From positions 344-64,343 of the forward strand of contig CAYNHU010000006.1 in the NCBI GenBank assembly GCA_964397435.1: a stretch of 64,000 bases of DNA, written 5' to 3'. The position numbers were made by a program, and so were the translations under genes. Positions 28,915-38,328 of the stretch are shown here, one piece after another. Positions within the stretch are counted from its first letter, which is position 1, and the number at the start of each line of letters is the position of its first letter. Origin of the DNA: an uncultured Candidatus Saccharibacteria bacterium (GTDB lineage: Bacteria; Patescibacteriota; Minisyncoccia; Phycocordibacterales; UBA9973). The notes under the pieces were generated by a model that worked only from the letters and a program-made list of their open reading frames with translations, ran no database searches and was not told where the DNA came from.

Positions 28915-29589
28915 ATGTCAAAAATTGTTCATCCATATGCACACCGTCTCGTCATGCTTCGCGACTGGAAGAGCCGCTGGTTTGCAGGAGATAAGAAATA
29001 TCAGGAAAACTTGAAGACGGATGTTCTCTTGCGAGAATTCCTCGACAAGAAACTCCGTGGTTTCTACGTTTCTTCAATTGAAATTGAACGAAACCAGAAA
29101 TCAACTCGAATCATTTTCCGCACATCACGCCCAGGTATGTTGATCGGCCGTTCAGGCGAAGGTACTCTCAAGCTCAAGAATGACATCTTGTCATTTGCAA
29201 AAGCAAAGAAACTCCGCATCGCTGAAGACGTCAAAATCGATATCGTAGAAGTTACTAACCCAGATGCAGATGCACGCATTGTTGCGTTCTCAGTTGCTGA
29301 AGGTTTGGAAAAGCGTATGCCATATCGTCGCGTTATGAAACAGACACTTGAAAAAGTTATGTCAGTTCGCGGCGTAGTAGGAGCACGTATCGTCATTGGC
29401 GGTCGTCTCGGCGGCGCAGAAATCGCACGTTCAGAAGAATTGAAGAAGGGTTCAATCCCACTTCAGACATTCCGTGCAGATATTGACTTTGCTCGTGAAC
29501 GCGCTCACTTGCCATACGGCGACATCGGTATCAAGGTCTGGATCAACCGAGGCATTGTATTTGCAGACGCTGAAAAGAAGAGCAAATAA
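28915..29589 (+). CDS. rpsC: 30S ribosomal protein S3
   Basis: KH domain and S3 C-terminal domain. Confidence 0.95.
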   Translation: MSKIVHPYAHRLVMLRDWKSRWFAGDKKYQENLKTDVLLREFLDKKLRGFYVSSIEIERNQKSTRIIFRTSRPGMLIGRSGEGTLKLKNDILSFAKAKKLRIAEDVKIDIVEVTNPDADARIVAFSVAEGLEKRMPYRRVMKQTLEKVMSVRGVVGARIVIGGRLGGAEIARSEELKKGSIPLQTFRADIDFARERAHLPYGDIGIKVWINRGIVFADAEKKSK

Positions 29590-29618
29590 TACGTAGCAAT
29601 TAATATCATTCCACGCAT

Positions 29619-30041
29619 ATGTTACTCCCTAAAAAAGTAAAGCACCGAAAGTGGCAGACTAATCGCAAAAGCGACGTCAAACTTTCAAAGCCTGATACTC
29701 GTGGTATCACGCTCGCGTTCGGTTCTTTCGGACTCAAGTCTGAAAGTCTCCACCGCGTAACATCGGCTCAGATTGAAGCAGCTCGTAAGGCAATGACTCG
29801 TCATCTTACAAAAGCTGGTAAGGTCTGGATCCGAATCTTCCCTGATCGACCAATTACTCGTAAGGCTGCAGAAGTCGGTATGGGTAAGGGTAAAGGTGAT
29901 CTCGATTCATACTGTTTCGAAGTTCGCCCAGGACGCATCATCTTTGAAGTAGACGGTGTTGATCCAGTAGTCGCTAAGGAAGCTCTCCGCAAGGCAGGTA
30001 CAAAACTTCCACTTAAAACTAAAGTAGTAAGTCGAGCATAA
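29619..30041 (+). CDS. rplP: 50S ribosomal protein L16
   Basis: MLLPKKVKHRK start. Confidence 0.95.
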   Translation: MLLPKKVKHRKWQTNRKSDVKLSKPDTRGITLAFGSFGLKSESLHRVTSAQIEAARKAMTRHLTKAGKVWIRIFPDRPITRKAAEVGMGKGKGDLDSYCFEVRPGRIIFEVDGVDPVVAKEALRKAGTKLPLKTKVVSRA

Positions 30042-30042
30042 T

Positions 30043-30234
30043 ATGAAAACACAGAAAGCAAGTCTCAAAGACAAGTCAACTGAGGAACTCGTACAAATGC
30101 TTACGACTGAAATGGAAAAGGTTCGTACCCTCAAGTTTACATTCGGCATGACACGCCAAAAAGATGTCAAAGCAGGTCGTACTTCAAAGAAACTAATCGC
30201 GCAGGTGAAAACAGAACTTGCAGCACGCGCATAA
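30043..30234 (+). CDS. rpmC: 50S ribosomal protein L29
   Basis: Size and position; L29-like helix. Confidence 0.88.
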   Translation: MKTQKASLKDKSTEELVQMLTTEMEKVRTLKFTFGMTRQKDVKAGRTSKKLIAQVKTELAARA

Positions 30235-30237
30235 TAT

Positions 30238-30519
30238 ATGAAAGCAACAACAAAGAAAACAGAAAAGACAGAAACAGCTGCTGCAAACGGTAAGCACCTC
30301 ACTGGTGTTATCGTATCAAACAAGATGCAGAAAACAGTTGTCGTCAAAGTTGATCGTTACATCAAGCACCCAAAGTACCAGAAGTACTACACTGTTTCAA
30401 AGAAGTACAAGGCGCATGATGAAGAAAACACGTACAAGATAGGTGATAAGGTCGAAATAATGGAGACACGCCCAATCTCTAAAGATAAAAAATTTACTGT
30501 AGTTGGTAAGATTGCATAA
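30238..30519 (+). CDS. rpsQ: 30S ribosomal protein S17
   Basis: [14 protein letters not shown]. Confidence 0.92.
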   Translation: MKATTKKTEKTETAAANGKHLTGVIVSNKMQKTVVVKVDRYIKHPKYQKYYTVSKKYKAHDEENTYKIGDKVEIMETRPISKDKKFTVVGKIA

Positions 30520-30545
30520 GTGCAACCTGCCACTCATTACATTGT

Positions 30546-30917
30546 ATGATTCAAGATGGAACAGTAGTAAAAATTACAGACAACGCCGGTGGTAAGGTCG
30601 GAAAGATCTTCAAGGTGTTGAATGGTTCAAAGCGTCGTTACGCTTCGATTGGTGATCTCGTCATTATTTCAATCAAAATCGCTGAACCTCGTAAAGCAGT
30701 TAAAAAGAAAGACGTTCACCGTGCAGTTGTTGTACGTCAGCGTGATGCATTCCGCCGCAAGGACGGTTCATACATCCGCTTCGATGACAATGCAGTGGTG
30801 ATTCTCGAAAAAGATAAGCCAGAACCAAAAGCAGGTCGTATCTTTGGCCCGATTCCTCGTGAAATCGGTGAGGCTGGTTACCAGAAAATAATCTCACTCG
30901 CACCAGAAGTGCTCTAA
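30546..30917 (+). CDS. rplN: 50S ribosomal protein L14
   Basis: MIQDGTVVKITDNAGGK. Confidence 0.96.
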   Translation: MIQDGTVVKITDNAGGKVGKIFKVLNGSKRRYASIGDLVIISIKIAEPRKAVKKKDVHRAVVVRQRDAFRRKDGSYIRFDDNAVVILEKDKPEPKAGRIFGPIPREIGEAGYQKIISLAPEVL

Positions 30918-30921
30918 TTCT

Positions 30922-31227
30922 ATGAATATCAAAAAAGGAGACAACGTAGTTGTCCTTTCAGGAAAGGACAAAGGAGCAAAAGGCAAAGTCGTGAAGGTTT
31001 TGACAGACAAGAATCGCGTTCTCGTTGAAGGCGTTAATGTTTGGAAGAAACACCAGAAGGCTCGCTCACAGGAAGGCAAGGGTCAGATTATTGATGTAAC
31101 TCGCTCAATCCACATTTCAAACGTACAGCCAGTTGATCCAAAGACAGGCAAAGGTACTCGCGTAGGCAAGAAGGTCGTAGCAGGTAAGCGTGTCCGTGTC
31201 GCACAGAAAAGCGGCCAGGAACTCTAA
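30922..31227 (+). CDS. rplX: 50S ribosomal protein L24
   Basis: KKGDNVVVLSGKDKG KOW motif. Confidence 0.94.
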   Translation: MNIKKGDNVVVLSGKDKGAKGKVVKVLTDKNRVLVEGVNVWKKHQKARSQEGKGQIIDVTRSIHISNVQPVDPKTGKGTRVGKKVVAGKRVRVAQKSGQEL

Positions 31228-31238
31228 GAGTTACGCAT

Positions 31239-31778
31239 ATGAAATCAGTAAAGCAACGCGCAGAGCAGTCAGTTGAAGTAATGAAGTCAAGCTTCGGTTA
31301 CAAAAACAAAATGGCTGCACCAAAAATCCAGAAAGTAATCGTATCTGTCGGTACCGGCAGTTTGATGAAAAAAGATAAGAGTCGCAACGACTTTATCATG
31401 GATCGTCTTACAAAGATCACTGGCCAGAAGCCATCACTTCGTAAGGCAAAGAAATCAATCGCAAGTTTCAAAGTTCGTGCTGGTGACCCAATCGGCGTCG
31501 CAGTAACACTTCGAAACACTCGCATGTACTCATTCCTCGACAAACTTCTCAACATCGCACTTCCTCGAACAAAGGACTTCCGCGGTCTTGAACGAAGAAT
31601 TGTTGACGATATCGGTAACATCACAATTCCTGTTAAAGAACACACTATCTTCCCAGAAGCTGGTGATGAAGAATTGAAAGATGTCTTCGGTCTCGCTATC
31701 ACTGTTGTAACAACAGCGAAAAACAAGAAAGAAGCAACAAAGTTCTTCGAGCTCATCGGAGTTCCGTTCAAACAGTAG
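31239..31778 (+). CDS. rplE: 50S ribosomal protein L5
   Basis: L5 motifs. Confidence 0.94.
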   Translation: MKSVKQRAEQSVEVMKSSFGYKNKMAAPKIQKVIVSVGTGSLMKKDKSRNDFIMDRLTKITGQKPSLRKAKKSIASFKVRAGDPIGVAVTLRNTRMYSFLDKLLNIALPRTKDFRGLERRIVDDIGNITIPVKEHTIFPEAGDEELKDVFGLAITVVTTAKNKKEATKFFELIGVPFKQ

Positions 31779-31784
31779 TTTCAA

Positions 31785-31827
31785 AAAACAAAAGCACCTC
31801 GAAAGAGGTGCTTTTGTTTTTTTATAT
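31785..31827 (+). terminator. Terminator after rplE
   Basis: aaaagcacctc-gaaa-gaggtgcttttgttttttt. Confidence 0.85.
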
Positions 31828-31996
31828 CTGATATACTTTGTGCATGGTAAGCTAACAATTAGTTTCTTATATCCAACAACAAAAAGCAGCAGGCGTTTCA
31901 GAAGCTGCGTATCGTTCAGCACTCAAAACTCAAGGATGGTCAGATGAAGATATTACAGCAGCGTCACTCGGTCCGATTCCGACACCAGCAGTTGAT

Positions 31997-32353
31997 ATGA
32001 TCCCAACTCCTCCAGTTACTGCAGGCGATAGTGCTCTAGCCGTGTGGTCATTTTGGTTATTGGTAGCAGTAAGTGTTTTTCATATCATATGGTTAGGCGC
32101 TAAGAATGTGTCCATATTCAATTCTATAGCCCACCAATCATTGATTGGTACAGGTTATATCATACTTTTTGGGATTATAATCGTCTGTATTCTTTTAAAT
32201 TTCCTGCCAGTCATCCTTGCTATCCGTCCTTGGAAACGAGAGAAATTTACAAAGCAGATTGCAGTGAGCATTATTTCTTTTATTATTTGTCAGGCGCTAC
32301 TGCACGTTATATTCGTCGGCATTTTAGGCACATTTGGTGCGGTAGGTTGTTAA
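31997..32353 (+). CDS. Small polytopic membrane protein (hypothetical)
   Basis: Three or four predicted TM helices. In-frame open region extends upstream to 31856 without a canonical start. Confidence 0.4.
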   Translation: MIPTPPVTAGDSALAVWSFWLLVAVSVFHIIWLGAKNVSIFNSIAHQSLIGTGYIILFGIIIVCILLNFLPVILAIRPWKREKFTKQIAVSIISFIICQALLHVIFVGILGTFGAVGC

Positions 32354-32357
32354 GCAT

Positions 32358-32669
32358 ATGATTAAAAAACTTTTCATCATTCAAATAATTGTGATTCTCG
32401 GGTTTCTTCTTTTTATGTTCAAGGAAGAACTTGGGTTGGTAAAATCGATGCATGATATGGATTACATAGATCGTGTTTCGGTTTACGGTCTTGATTACCC
32501 AACGAGTGACGGACTCTGTATATCAAGTGATGGCATGACAACTTTTAATTGTGAAACAGGAGTATCTGAGGCGTTCCCAATTTCAATCATTGAGCCTCAA
32601 TATAAGGCAACATGGACAGGTGGTGGCATGTATCAGATCCTGTGGCGCGCAGATTCAAAAAACCTGTAA
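32358..32669 (+). CDS. Small secreted/membrane-anchored hypothetical protein
   Basis: N-terminal hydrophobic helix; Cys-containing C-terminal region. Confidence 0.4.
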   Translation: MIKKLFIIQIIVILGFLLFMFKEELGLVKSMHDMDYIDRVSVYGLDYPTSDGLCISSDGMTTFNCETGVSEAFPISIIEPQYKATWTGGGMYQILWRADSKNL

Positions 32670-32686
32670 CTATTAAGGCGTGTACG

Positions 32687-32908
32687 ATGCCTAAACCACA
32701 ACAGGCAGAAAAGTGTATTCTAATCGCGGAAATACCAGCGTCGCAAGACCAACGTAATTCATCTGCGATGTATATGTACTCTGTAGAAAAAGGAACTATT
32801 CAATCAAAAGGGGATATTTATATAACAGTAAGCACCCCATCTAGTAGTAGCCATGCCTTGATAACGGTTGAAAATACAAAGCTGTTTGAGGCGCTGAGTA
32901 AGCAATAA
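32687..32908 (+). CDS. Small hypothetical protein (start uncertain, ORF opens at 32612)
   Basis: ORF overlapping the previous gene in another frame; followed by a hairpin at 32945-32985. Confidence 0.2.
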   Translation: MPKPQQAEKCILIAEIPASQDQRNSSAMYMYSVEKGTIQSKGDIYITVSTPSSSSHALITVENTKLFEALSKQ

Positions 32909-33090
32909 TTCGTTAATCCATTGACGTTTTCAGCCTTTTCTGCTATTATATAGAAAGCACCGGTCATGGTGCTTTTGTCTACTTAATCCGTTCGGTTTCA
33001 TATTATGCCTATCCCGCATAGGCGTCTCATGAGCCCAAACGCGATATTGGAAGATGAATTTATTAAAGTAAGCTTTTTTACTATTGCTAT

Positions 33091-33276
33091 ATGGCAAAGA
33101 CATCAACTGTTGCCCGTTCGCAGAAAAAGCCAAAGTTCTCAACACGAGCGAAAAACCGCTGTTTTCGCTGTGGTCGCGGTCGAGGATTCATGCGTGATTT
33201 CGGCCTTTGCCGAATCTGCTTCCGTGAGCTCGCAAACGAAGGAATGATTCCTGGCGTTCGCAAGTCTTCATGGTAA
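33091..33276 (+). CDS. rpsZ: 30S ribosomal protein S14 type Z (zinc-binding, 61 aa)
   Basis: CxxC...CxxC ([20 protein letters not shown]) short-form S14. Confidence 0.93.
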   Translation: MAKTSTVARSQKKPKFSTRAKNRCFRCGRGRGFMRDFGLCRICFRELANEGMIPGVRKSSW

Positions 33277-33296
33277 TTAACTTTTTGAGTTAACAC

Positions 33297-33683
33297 ATGG
33301 ATCCAATCGCAAATATGCTCGTTATGATCAAGAACGCTTCACGCGCTGGCAATGCCATCGTTGTGTTCCCGTATTCAAAGATCAAGTTCGAGATTGCAAA
33401 CACTTTGGTTCGCGCGGGATTTATTAAGAGTGTAAACAAGAAAACAAAGAAGAAGGGAGAAGTGATCGAGGTCGAACTCCTCTATAAGGAAGGCACACCA
33501 CGTATCAACGACGTCGTTCGTGTTTCAAAAGTATCACGCCGCATGTATGCTGGCTTGGGCGATTTGAAACCAGTCAAAAACGGTCGTGGCGCTATGGTCC
33601 TCTCAACTCCAAAAGGTATTTTGACCGACAAGGAGGCGAAACAGGAACATGTCGGTGGTGAAGTCATCCTTTCAATTTGGTAA
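33297..33683 (+). CDS. rpsH: 30S ribosomal protein S8
   Basis: MDPIANMLVMIKNA. Confidence 0.95.
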   Translation: MDPIANMLVMIKNASRAGNAIVVFPYSKIKFEIANTLVRAGFIKSVNKKTKKKGEVIEVELLYKEGTPRINDVVRVSKVSRRMYAGLGDLKPVKNGRGAMVLSTPKGILTDKEAKQEHVGGEVILSIW

Positions 33684-33701
33684 TTACATTGAGTTATAGC
33701 T

Positions 33702-34235
33702 ATGTCACGAATCGGTAAACAAGAAGTAGTGATCCCAAGCGGTACTGAAGTCACGCTCGACAACGGTACACTCACTGTCAAGGGACCAAAAGGAACACTC
33801 TCACGAACATTCCGTAACGAAGTCGCTATCATTATTGATGGTGGTAAAGTTACATTTAAGCAAGAAGCTGCCGGCGGTTTCGCATACGCACTCTGGGGTA
33901 CATACGCTTCTCATGTCAAAAACATGATCACAGGCGTTAACACTCCATACGTTAAGAAACTCATCCTCGAAGGTGTCGGTTTCAAAAGTGAAGTTAAAGG
34001 CAAAAACCTTGATCTCGCACTCGGCTTCTCACACCCAGTTTCAGTTCCAATCCCAGAAGGTTTGACTGTGACTGCTGAAAAGAACAACATTACCGTAACT
34101 GGTATTGATAAAGAAAAGGTCGGACAATTCGCTGCAATGGTACGCGCACTCAAGAAACCAGAACCATACAAAGGTAAAGGTTTCCGCTATGACAATGAAG
34201 TCATCCGTCGCAAGCAAGGCAAGAAAACAGCTTAA
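33702..34235 (+). CDS. rplF: 50S ribosomal protein L6
   Basis: MSRIGKQ...VKGPKG. Confidence 0.95.
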   Translation: MSRIGKQEVVIPSGTEVTLDNGTLTVKGPKGTLSRTFRNEVAIIIDGGKVTFKQEAAGGFAYALWGTYASHVKNMITGVNTPYVKKLILEGVGFKSEVKGKNLDLALGFSHPVSVPIPEGLTVTAEKNNITVTGIDKEKVGQFAAMVRALKKPEPYKGKGFRYDNEVIRRKQGKKTA

Positions 34236-34248
34236 GTAAAATAACTCT

Positions 34249-34596
34249 ATGAACACACAGAATAAAAACGAAAAGCGTCTTCGCCTCAAGCGAAAAATCC
34301 GCATGAAGATCGCAGGTACTGATGCACGTCCTCGTCTTTCAGTCTATCGATCAAACAAATTCATTTATGCTCAGTTGATTGACGACAACGCAGGTAAAAC
34401 TCTTATCTCAGCTTCAGACGTAAAGACAGCAAAAGGAACAAAAACTGTTCGCGCAGAAGAAATTGGCACAATGGTTGCTCAGGCTGCTCTTGCAAAAAAT
34501 ATCAAAGAGGTCGTCTTTGATCGAAACGGTTTCAAGTATACTGGTCGCGTAAAGCTCCTCGCGGATGCTGCACGTAAGGCTGGTCTTAAATTCTAA
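34249..34596 (+). CDS. rplR: 50S ribosomal protein L18
   Basis: [20 protein letters not shown]. Confidence 0.94.
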   Translation: MNTQNKNEKRLRLKRKIRMKIAGTDARPRLSVYRSNKFIYAQLIDDNAGKTLISASDVKTAKGTKTVRAEEIGTMVAQAALAKNIKEVVFDRNGFKYTGRVKLLADAARKAGLKF

Positions 34597-34601
34597 ACGT
34601 T

Positions 34602-35246
34602 ATGGCAGAAACAAATACAACAAAACCAGCTGCACGTCCTCTACGCCCTCAGGGTTCACGCCCAGCAGGTGCTCGTGGTACAAGTCCTCGTGGTGCTGGT
34701 TCAAATGGTCCTCGTGGCGGTGCTCCTCGCGGAGGTGATCGCGGACGACGTCCATCATTTGAACGTCCAAAGCCTGAATTCGATCAGAAGATTATCTCAA
34801 TCCGCCGCGTGACTCGCGTGGTCTCAGGTGGTCGCCGTATGTCATTCGCTGTTGCGATTGCAATTGGTGACAAGAAAGGTTCAGTTGGCGTTGGTACAGG
34901 TAAGGCAGGTGACACTTCACTCGCAATCAACAAAGCGGTTCGAAGTGCTCGCAAACAGATGATCAAAGTTAAGCTCAACAAGAAAGGCTCAATCCCACAC
35001 GAAGTATCTGCAAAATACAGTAGTGCTCGTGTATTGATCCGTCCAAACAACGATCGTGGTTTGGTGTCTGGTTCAGCAACTCGTGACATTTTGAACCTTG
35101 CTGGTATCACTAATGTTACATCAAAAATTCACTCAGGCAGTAAGAACAAACTCAACATTGCTCGTGTGACTATCAAAGCACTTTCAAACGTTGCGACAAA
35201 ACGCGGCATGGTCGAGAAGGCGCCTGAAGCAGCAGTAACTCAGTAA
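34602..35246 (+). CDS. rpsE: 30S ribosomal protein S5 (with Arg/Gly-rich N-terminal extension)
   Basis: IRRVTRVVSGGRRMSFAV...GKAGD. Confidence 0.94.
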   Translation: MAETNTTKPAARPLRPQGSRPAGARGTSPRGAGSNGPRGGAPRGGDRGRRPSFERPKPEFDQKIISIRRVTRVVSGGRRMSFAVAIAIGDKKGSVGVGTGKAGDTSLAINKAVRSARKQMIKVKLNKKGSIPHEVSAKYSSARVLIRPNNDRGLVSGSATRDILNLAGITNVTSKIHSGSKNKLNIARVTIKALSNVATKRGMVEKAPEAAVTQ

Positions 35247-35253
35247 TAGGCTT

Positions 35254-35685
35254 ATGCAATTACATCAACTTAAGCGAAAAAATCCGAACGAGAAACACGT
35301 TCAGGTTGGTCGCGGAGGTAAGCGTGGTAAGACTTCTGGTCGTGGTACAAAAGGTCAGAATGCTCGTGCTGGTAACAAAAAGTTCCCAGAAATCCGTCTC
35401 ATCCTCAAGAAGCTCCCAAAGCTTCGTGGTTACAAATTCAACTCACACCAAACAAAAACATCTGTTGTTAACTTGAGTGCACTTGAAGCTGCATTCCAGA
35501 AGAACGATCAGGTTACTCCAGAAGTATTGCGCGCGAAAAAGCTCGTAACCTATCCAAAGGGTTCAAAACCGGTCGTAAAGATCTTGGCAACAGGCTCAAT
35601 CTCAATTCCACTTTTGGTTTCAGGCTGCAAGGTCTCACAACAGGCAAAGGATAAAATCGTTGCAGCAGGCGGCGCAGTTAAATAA
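35254..35685 (+). CDS. rplO: 50S ribosomal protein L15
   Basis: GRGGKRGKTSGRGTKGQ. Note that no L30 gene lies between rpsE and rplO. Confidence 0.93.
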   Translation: MQLHQLKRKNPNEKHVQVGRGGKRGKTSGRGTKGQNARAGNKKFPEIRLILKKLPKLRGYKFNSHQTKTSVVNLSALEAAFQKNDQVTPEVLRAKKLVTYPKGSKPVVKILATGSISIPLLVSGCKVSQQAKDKIVAAGGAVK

Positions 35686-35714
35686 GACTGCACTAGCTGC
35701 TGCTTCCACTACAT

Positions 35715-36986
35715 ATGGAAACAGTATGGAATAAAATTAAAATGGTGTTCACGGATCGTTTGCTCCGCAAGCGTGTCCTCGTAATGATCGCAGCGCTCGT
35801 TGTATTCCGACTTTTGGCAGCAATTCCAATTCCAGGAATCGACGCAGGACGTCTCGCGGCATTCTTGAACAACAACCAGTTCTTTGGCGTATTGAATATC
35901 TTCTCTGGTGGTGGTCTCTCAACATTGTCATTAGTCATGCTTGGTGTTGGACCATTTATCACAGCGTCAATTATTCTTCAATTGTTGACGATTATGGTAC
36001 CTCGCTTGAAACAGCTCTACCAAGAAGAAGGTGAACTTGGCCGCAAGAAATTTGCTCAGTACACACGTTTATTGACTATCCCACTTGCTGCTGCGCAGGG
36101 CTTGAGTCTCATGGTTATCTTGACTCGTCAGGGTATTCTCGGTGAACTCGATCTCTTCTCAAAACTCGTTGCACTCATCACTATTATCGCAGGTTCAATC
36201 TTGTTGATGTGGATTGGTGAAATTGTAACTGAGTTCGGTATCGGTAACGGTGTATCATTGATCATCTTTGCAGGTATTATTGCGCAGGTTCCTCAGGAAA
36301 TTTCACAGTTCTTGTTCTCGTTTGATGCATCACAGATTCCAACAATTATTATTTTTGTGCTTATTACATTTATTGTGATTGGATTCGTTGTCTTCGTTAC
36401 AGAAGCAGAGCGTTCAATCCCTGTAACATACGCAAAACGTCTTGTTGGTAACAAAACAACTGGTGGTGTCTCGACCTATGTTCCAATTCGTATCAACCAA
36501 GCTGGTGTGATGCCAATTATCTTTGCACTTTCAATCTTGCTCTTCCCACAAATTTTGGGAACAGTGTTGACTGGTGCTGCAAATGGCACACTCCAAGCAA
36601 TTGGTCACGCATTGACTGCATTCGTGCAGAATGCATGGGCGTACTCAACAGCGTACTTCTTCCTTGTCTTTATCTTCACATATTTCTACACGGCTATCAC
36701 ATTTGATCCACATCAGATGGCTGAAAACCTTCAGAAAAATGGAGCATTCGTTCCGGGTGTTCGCCCAGGACAGCAGACAGAAGAACACATTGGTGATATT
36801 ACTGCTCGTATTACATTTATTGGAGCGCTCTTCCTCGGTGTCATCGCTGTTATCCCACTCATTTTGAAAGAAGTGACTGGTATCACACAGATTGCCGTTG
36901 GTGGTACAGCCCTCCTCATCGTCGTTTCAGTGGTTCTTGACCTCTTGAAGCGTATCGATGCGCAGCTCTCAATGAGAGAATATTAA
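35715..36986 (+). CDS. secY: Preprotein translocase subunit SecY
   Basis: Ten-TM protein with GVGPFITASIILQLL. Confidence 0.95.
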   Translation: METVWNKIKMVFTDRLLRKRVLVMIAALVVFRLLAAIPIPGIDAGRLAAFLNNNQFFGVLNIFSGGGLSTLSLVMLGVGPFITASIILQLLTIMVPRLKQLYQEEGELGRKKFAQYTRLLTIPLAAAQGLSLMVILTRQGILGELDLFSKLVALITIIAGSILLMWIGEIVTEFGIGNGVSLIIFAGIIAQVPQEISQFLFSFDASQIPTIIIFVLITFIVIGFVVFVTEAERSIPVTYAKRLVGNKTTGGVSTYVPIRINQAGVMPIIFALSILLFPQILGTVLTGAANGTLQAIGHALTAFVQNAWAYSTAYFFLVFIFTYFYTAITFDPHQMAENLQKNGAFVPGVRPGQQTEEHIGDITARITFIGALFLGVIAVIPLILKEVTGITQIAVGGTALLIVVSVVLDLLKRIDAQLSMREY

Positions 36987-36996
36987 ATCGAACATT

Positions 36997-37027
36997 AAAA
37001 ACAGCCCGCTTTGTCGGGCTGTTTTTG
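36997..37027 (+). terminator. Terminator after secY
   Basis: aaaaacagcccg...cgggctgttttt. Confidence 0.8.
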
Positions 37028-37046
37028 TATGCTAGTATGGGAGCGT

Positions 37047-37631
37047 ATGCAACCAAAAACCTATGTATTCTTCGGTATCGTGGGAGCCGGCAAGGGGACC
37101 CAGATCGAACTCCTCCAAAAGGACTTAACTGCCAAAGACGGACGGTCTATTGTCTATGCCTACCCAGGTTCTGAATACCGTAAAATCACTGCAAGTGAGA
37201 GTTTTACGGGTTCTTTGGTTAAAGGCAAGCTTGAACGAGGTGAACTCCAGCCTGACTTCCTTACCGTAGCTCTTTTTACCTCAATTCTCGTTGACCAGCT
37301 TACTCCAGAGAGTCACTTGATCGCTGATGGATACCCACGAACTCCAGCACAGACTGAAGCATTTGTTGCCGCACTCGAATTCTATAAACGTGCATCTCCT
37401 GAAATTGTTGTGATTGAAGTTTCTAAAGAAGAAGTTATCAAACGCATGAAACTTCGTGGACGTTCAGACGATACAGACGAAGGCATCGCACGTCGCTTCT
37501 TTGAATATGAAAACAACGTACTTCCTGCGCTCGAACTTCTGCAATCAAAAGGATACACAGTTCACAAAATTAACGGAGAACAAACTGTCGAAGCCGTTCA
37601 CGAAGAAATTAAACAGAAACTCGGGCTTTAA
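37047..37631 (+). CDS. adk: Adenylate kinase (short, no Zn lid)
   Basis: GIVGAGKGTQ P-loop, GYPRTPAQ and RGRSDDTDEGIARR motifs. Start trimmed to MQPKTYVFF, downstream of the terminator. Confidence 0.88.
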   Translation: MQPKTYVFFGIVGAGKGTQIELLQKDLTAKDGRSIVYAYPGSEYRKITASESFTGSLVKGKLERGELQPDFLTVALFTSILVDQLTPESHLIADGYPRTPAQTEAFVAALEFYKRASPEIVVIEVSKEEVIKRMKLRGRSDDTDEGIARRFFEYENNVLPALELLQSKGYTVHKINGEQTVEAVHEEIKQKLGL

Positions 37632-37634
37632 TTT

Positions 37635-38327
37635 ATGGACAACACACGTACATGGACTATTATCTCGCTCGGCGGATCATTGATTGTTCCAGGGGGTATT
37701 GATATTTCTTTTCTCAAAGCATTTCGTGATTTGATTACTGAATATACGAAGCAGGGCATGTCATTTGTGATTGTTACGGGTGGTGGCAAAACTGCACGTA
37801 TCTACCAAGACGCACTTGCGCAGATCGAAGGAACAACAGCAGATGATTTGGATTGGGTTGGCATTGGTGCACTTCGTTTGAATGCGATTCTTGTTGCCAA
37901 AGTGTTTGGCGAACTCGCACATCCAGATGTTATCAATACTGGCCCAGATGGATTTGTAAATATTGAGAAACCTGTTGTAGTCGTTGGTGCTGATAATCCT
38001 GGTAAAAGTACTGACATGGGCGCGATTCATTTTGCGATGAAAGTCGGTGCGAAGAAAGTGATTAATCTTTCAAACATTGACCACGCATATGACAGTGATC
38101 CTCGTCAGAATCCAAATGCAAAACGTCTTGATACCGTAAGTTGGGCAGAATACCGCTCATACATTCCACGTGAATGGAAACCAGGACTTTCAACTCCATT
38201 TGACCCAATCGCATCAGCAGCCGCCGAAGAAGGGGGTATTGAAGTAGCTATCATGAATGGCGCAAATCTCACTAATCTCAAAAATTATCTCGAAGGTAAG
38301 GAATTTATTGGTACCGTGATTAAATAA
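37635..38327 (+). CDS. pyrH: Archaeal-type UMP kinase / amino-acid-kinase-family protein (PyrH-like)
   Basis: IISLGGSLIVP, VVTGGGKTAR and NIDHAYDSDPRQNPNAKRL resemble archaeal uridylate kinases. Confidence 0.6.
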   Translation: MDNTRTWTIISLGGSLIVPGGIDISFLKAFRDLITEYTKQGMSFVIVTGGGKTARIYQDALAQIEGTTADDLDWVGIGALRLNAILVAKVFGELAHPDVINTGPDGFVNIEKPVVVVGADNPGKSTDMGAIHFAMKVGAKKVINLSNIDHAYDSDPRQNPNAKRLDTVSWAEYRSYIPREWKPGLSTPFDPIASAAAEEGGIEVAIMNGANLTNLKNYLEGKEFIGTVIK

Positions 38328-38328
38328 T

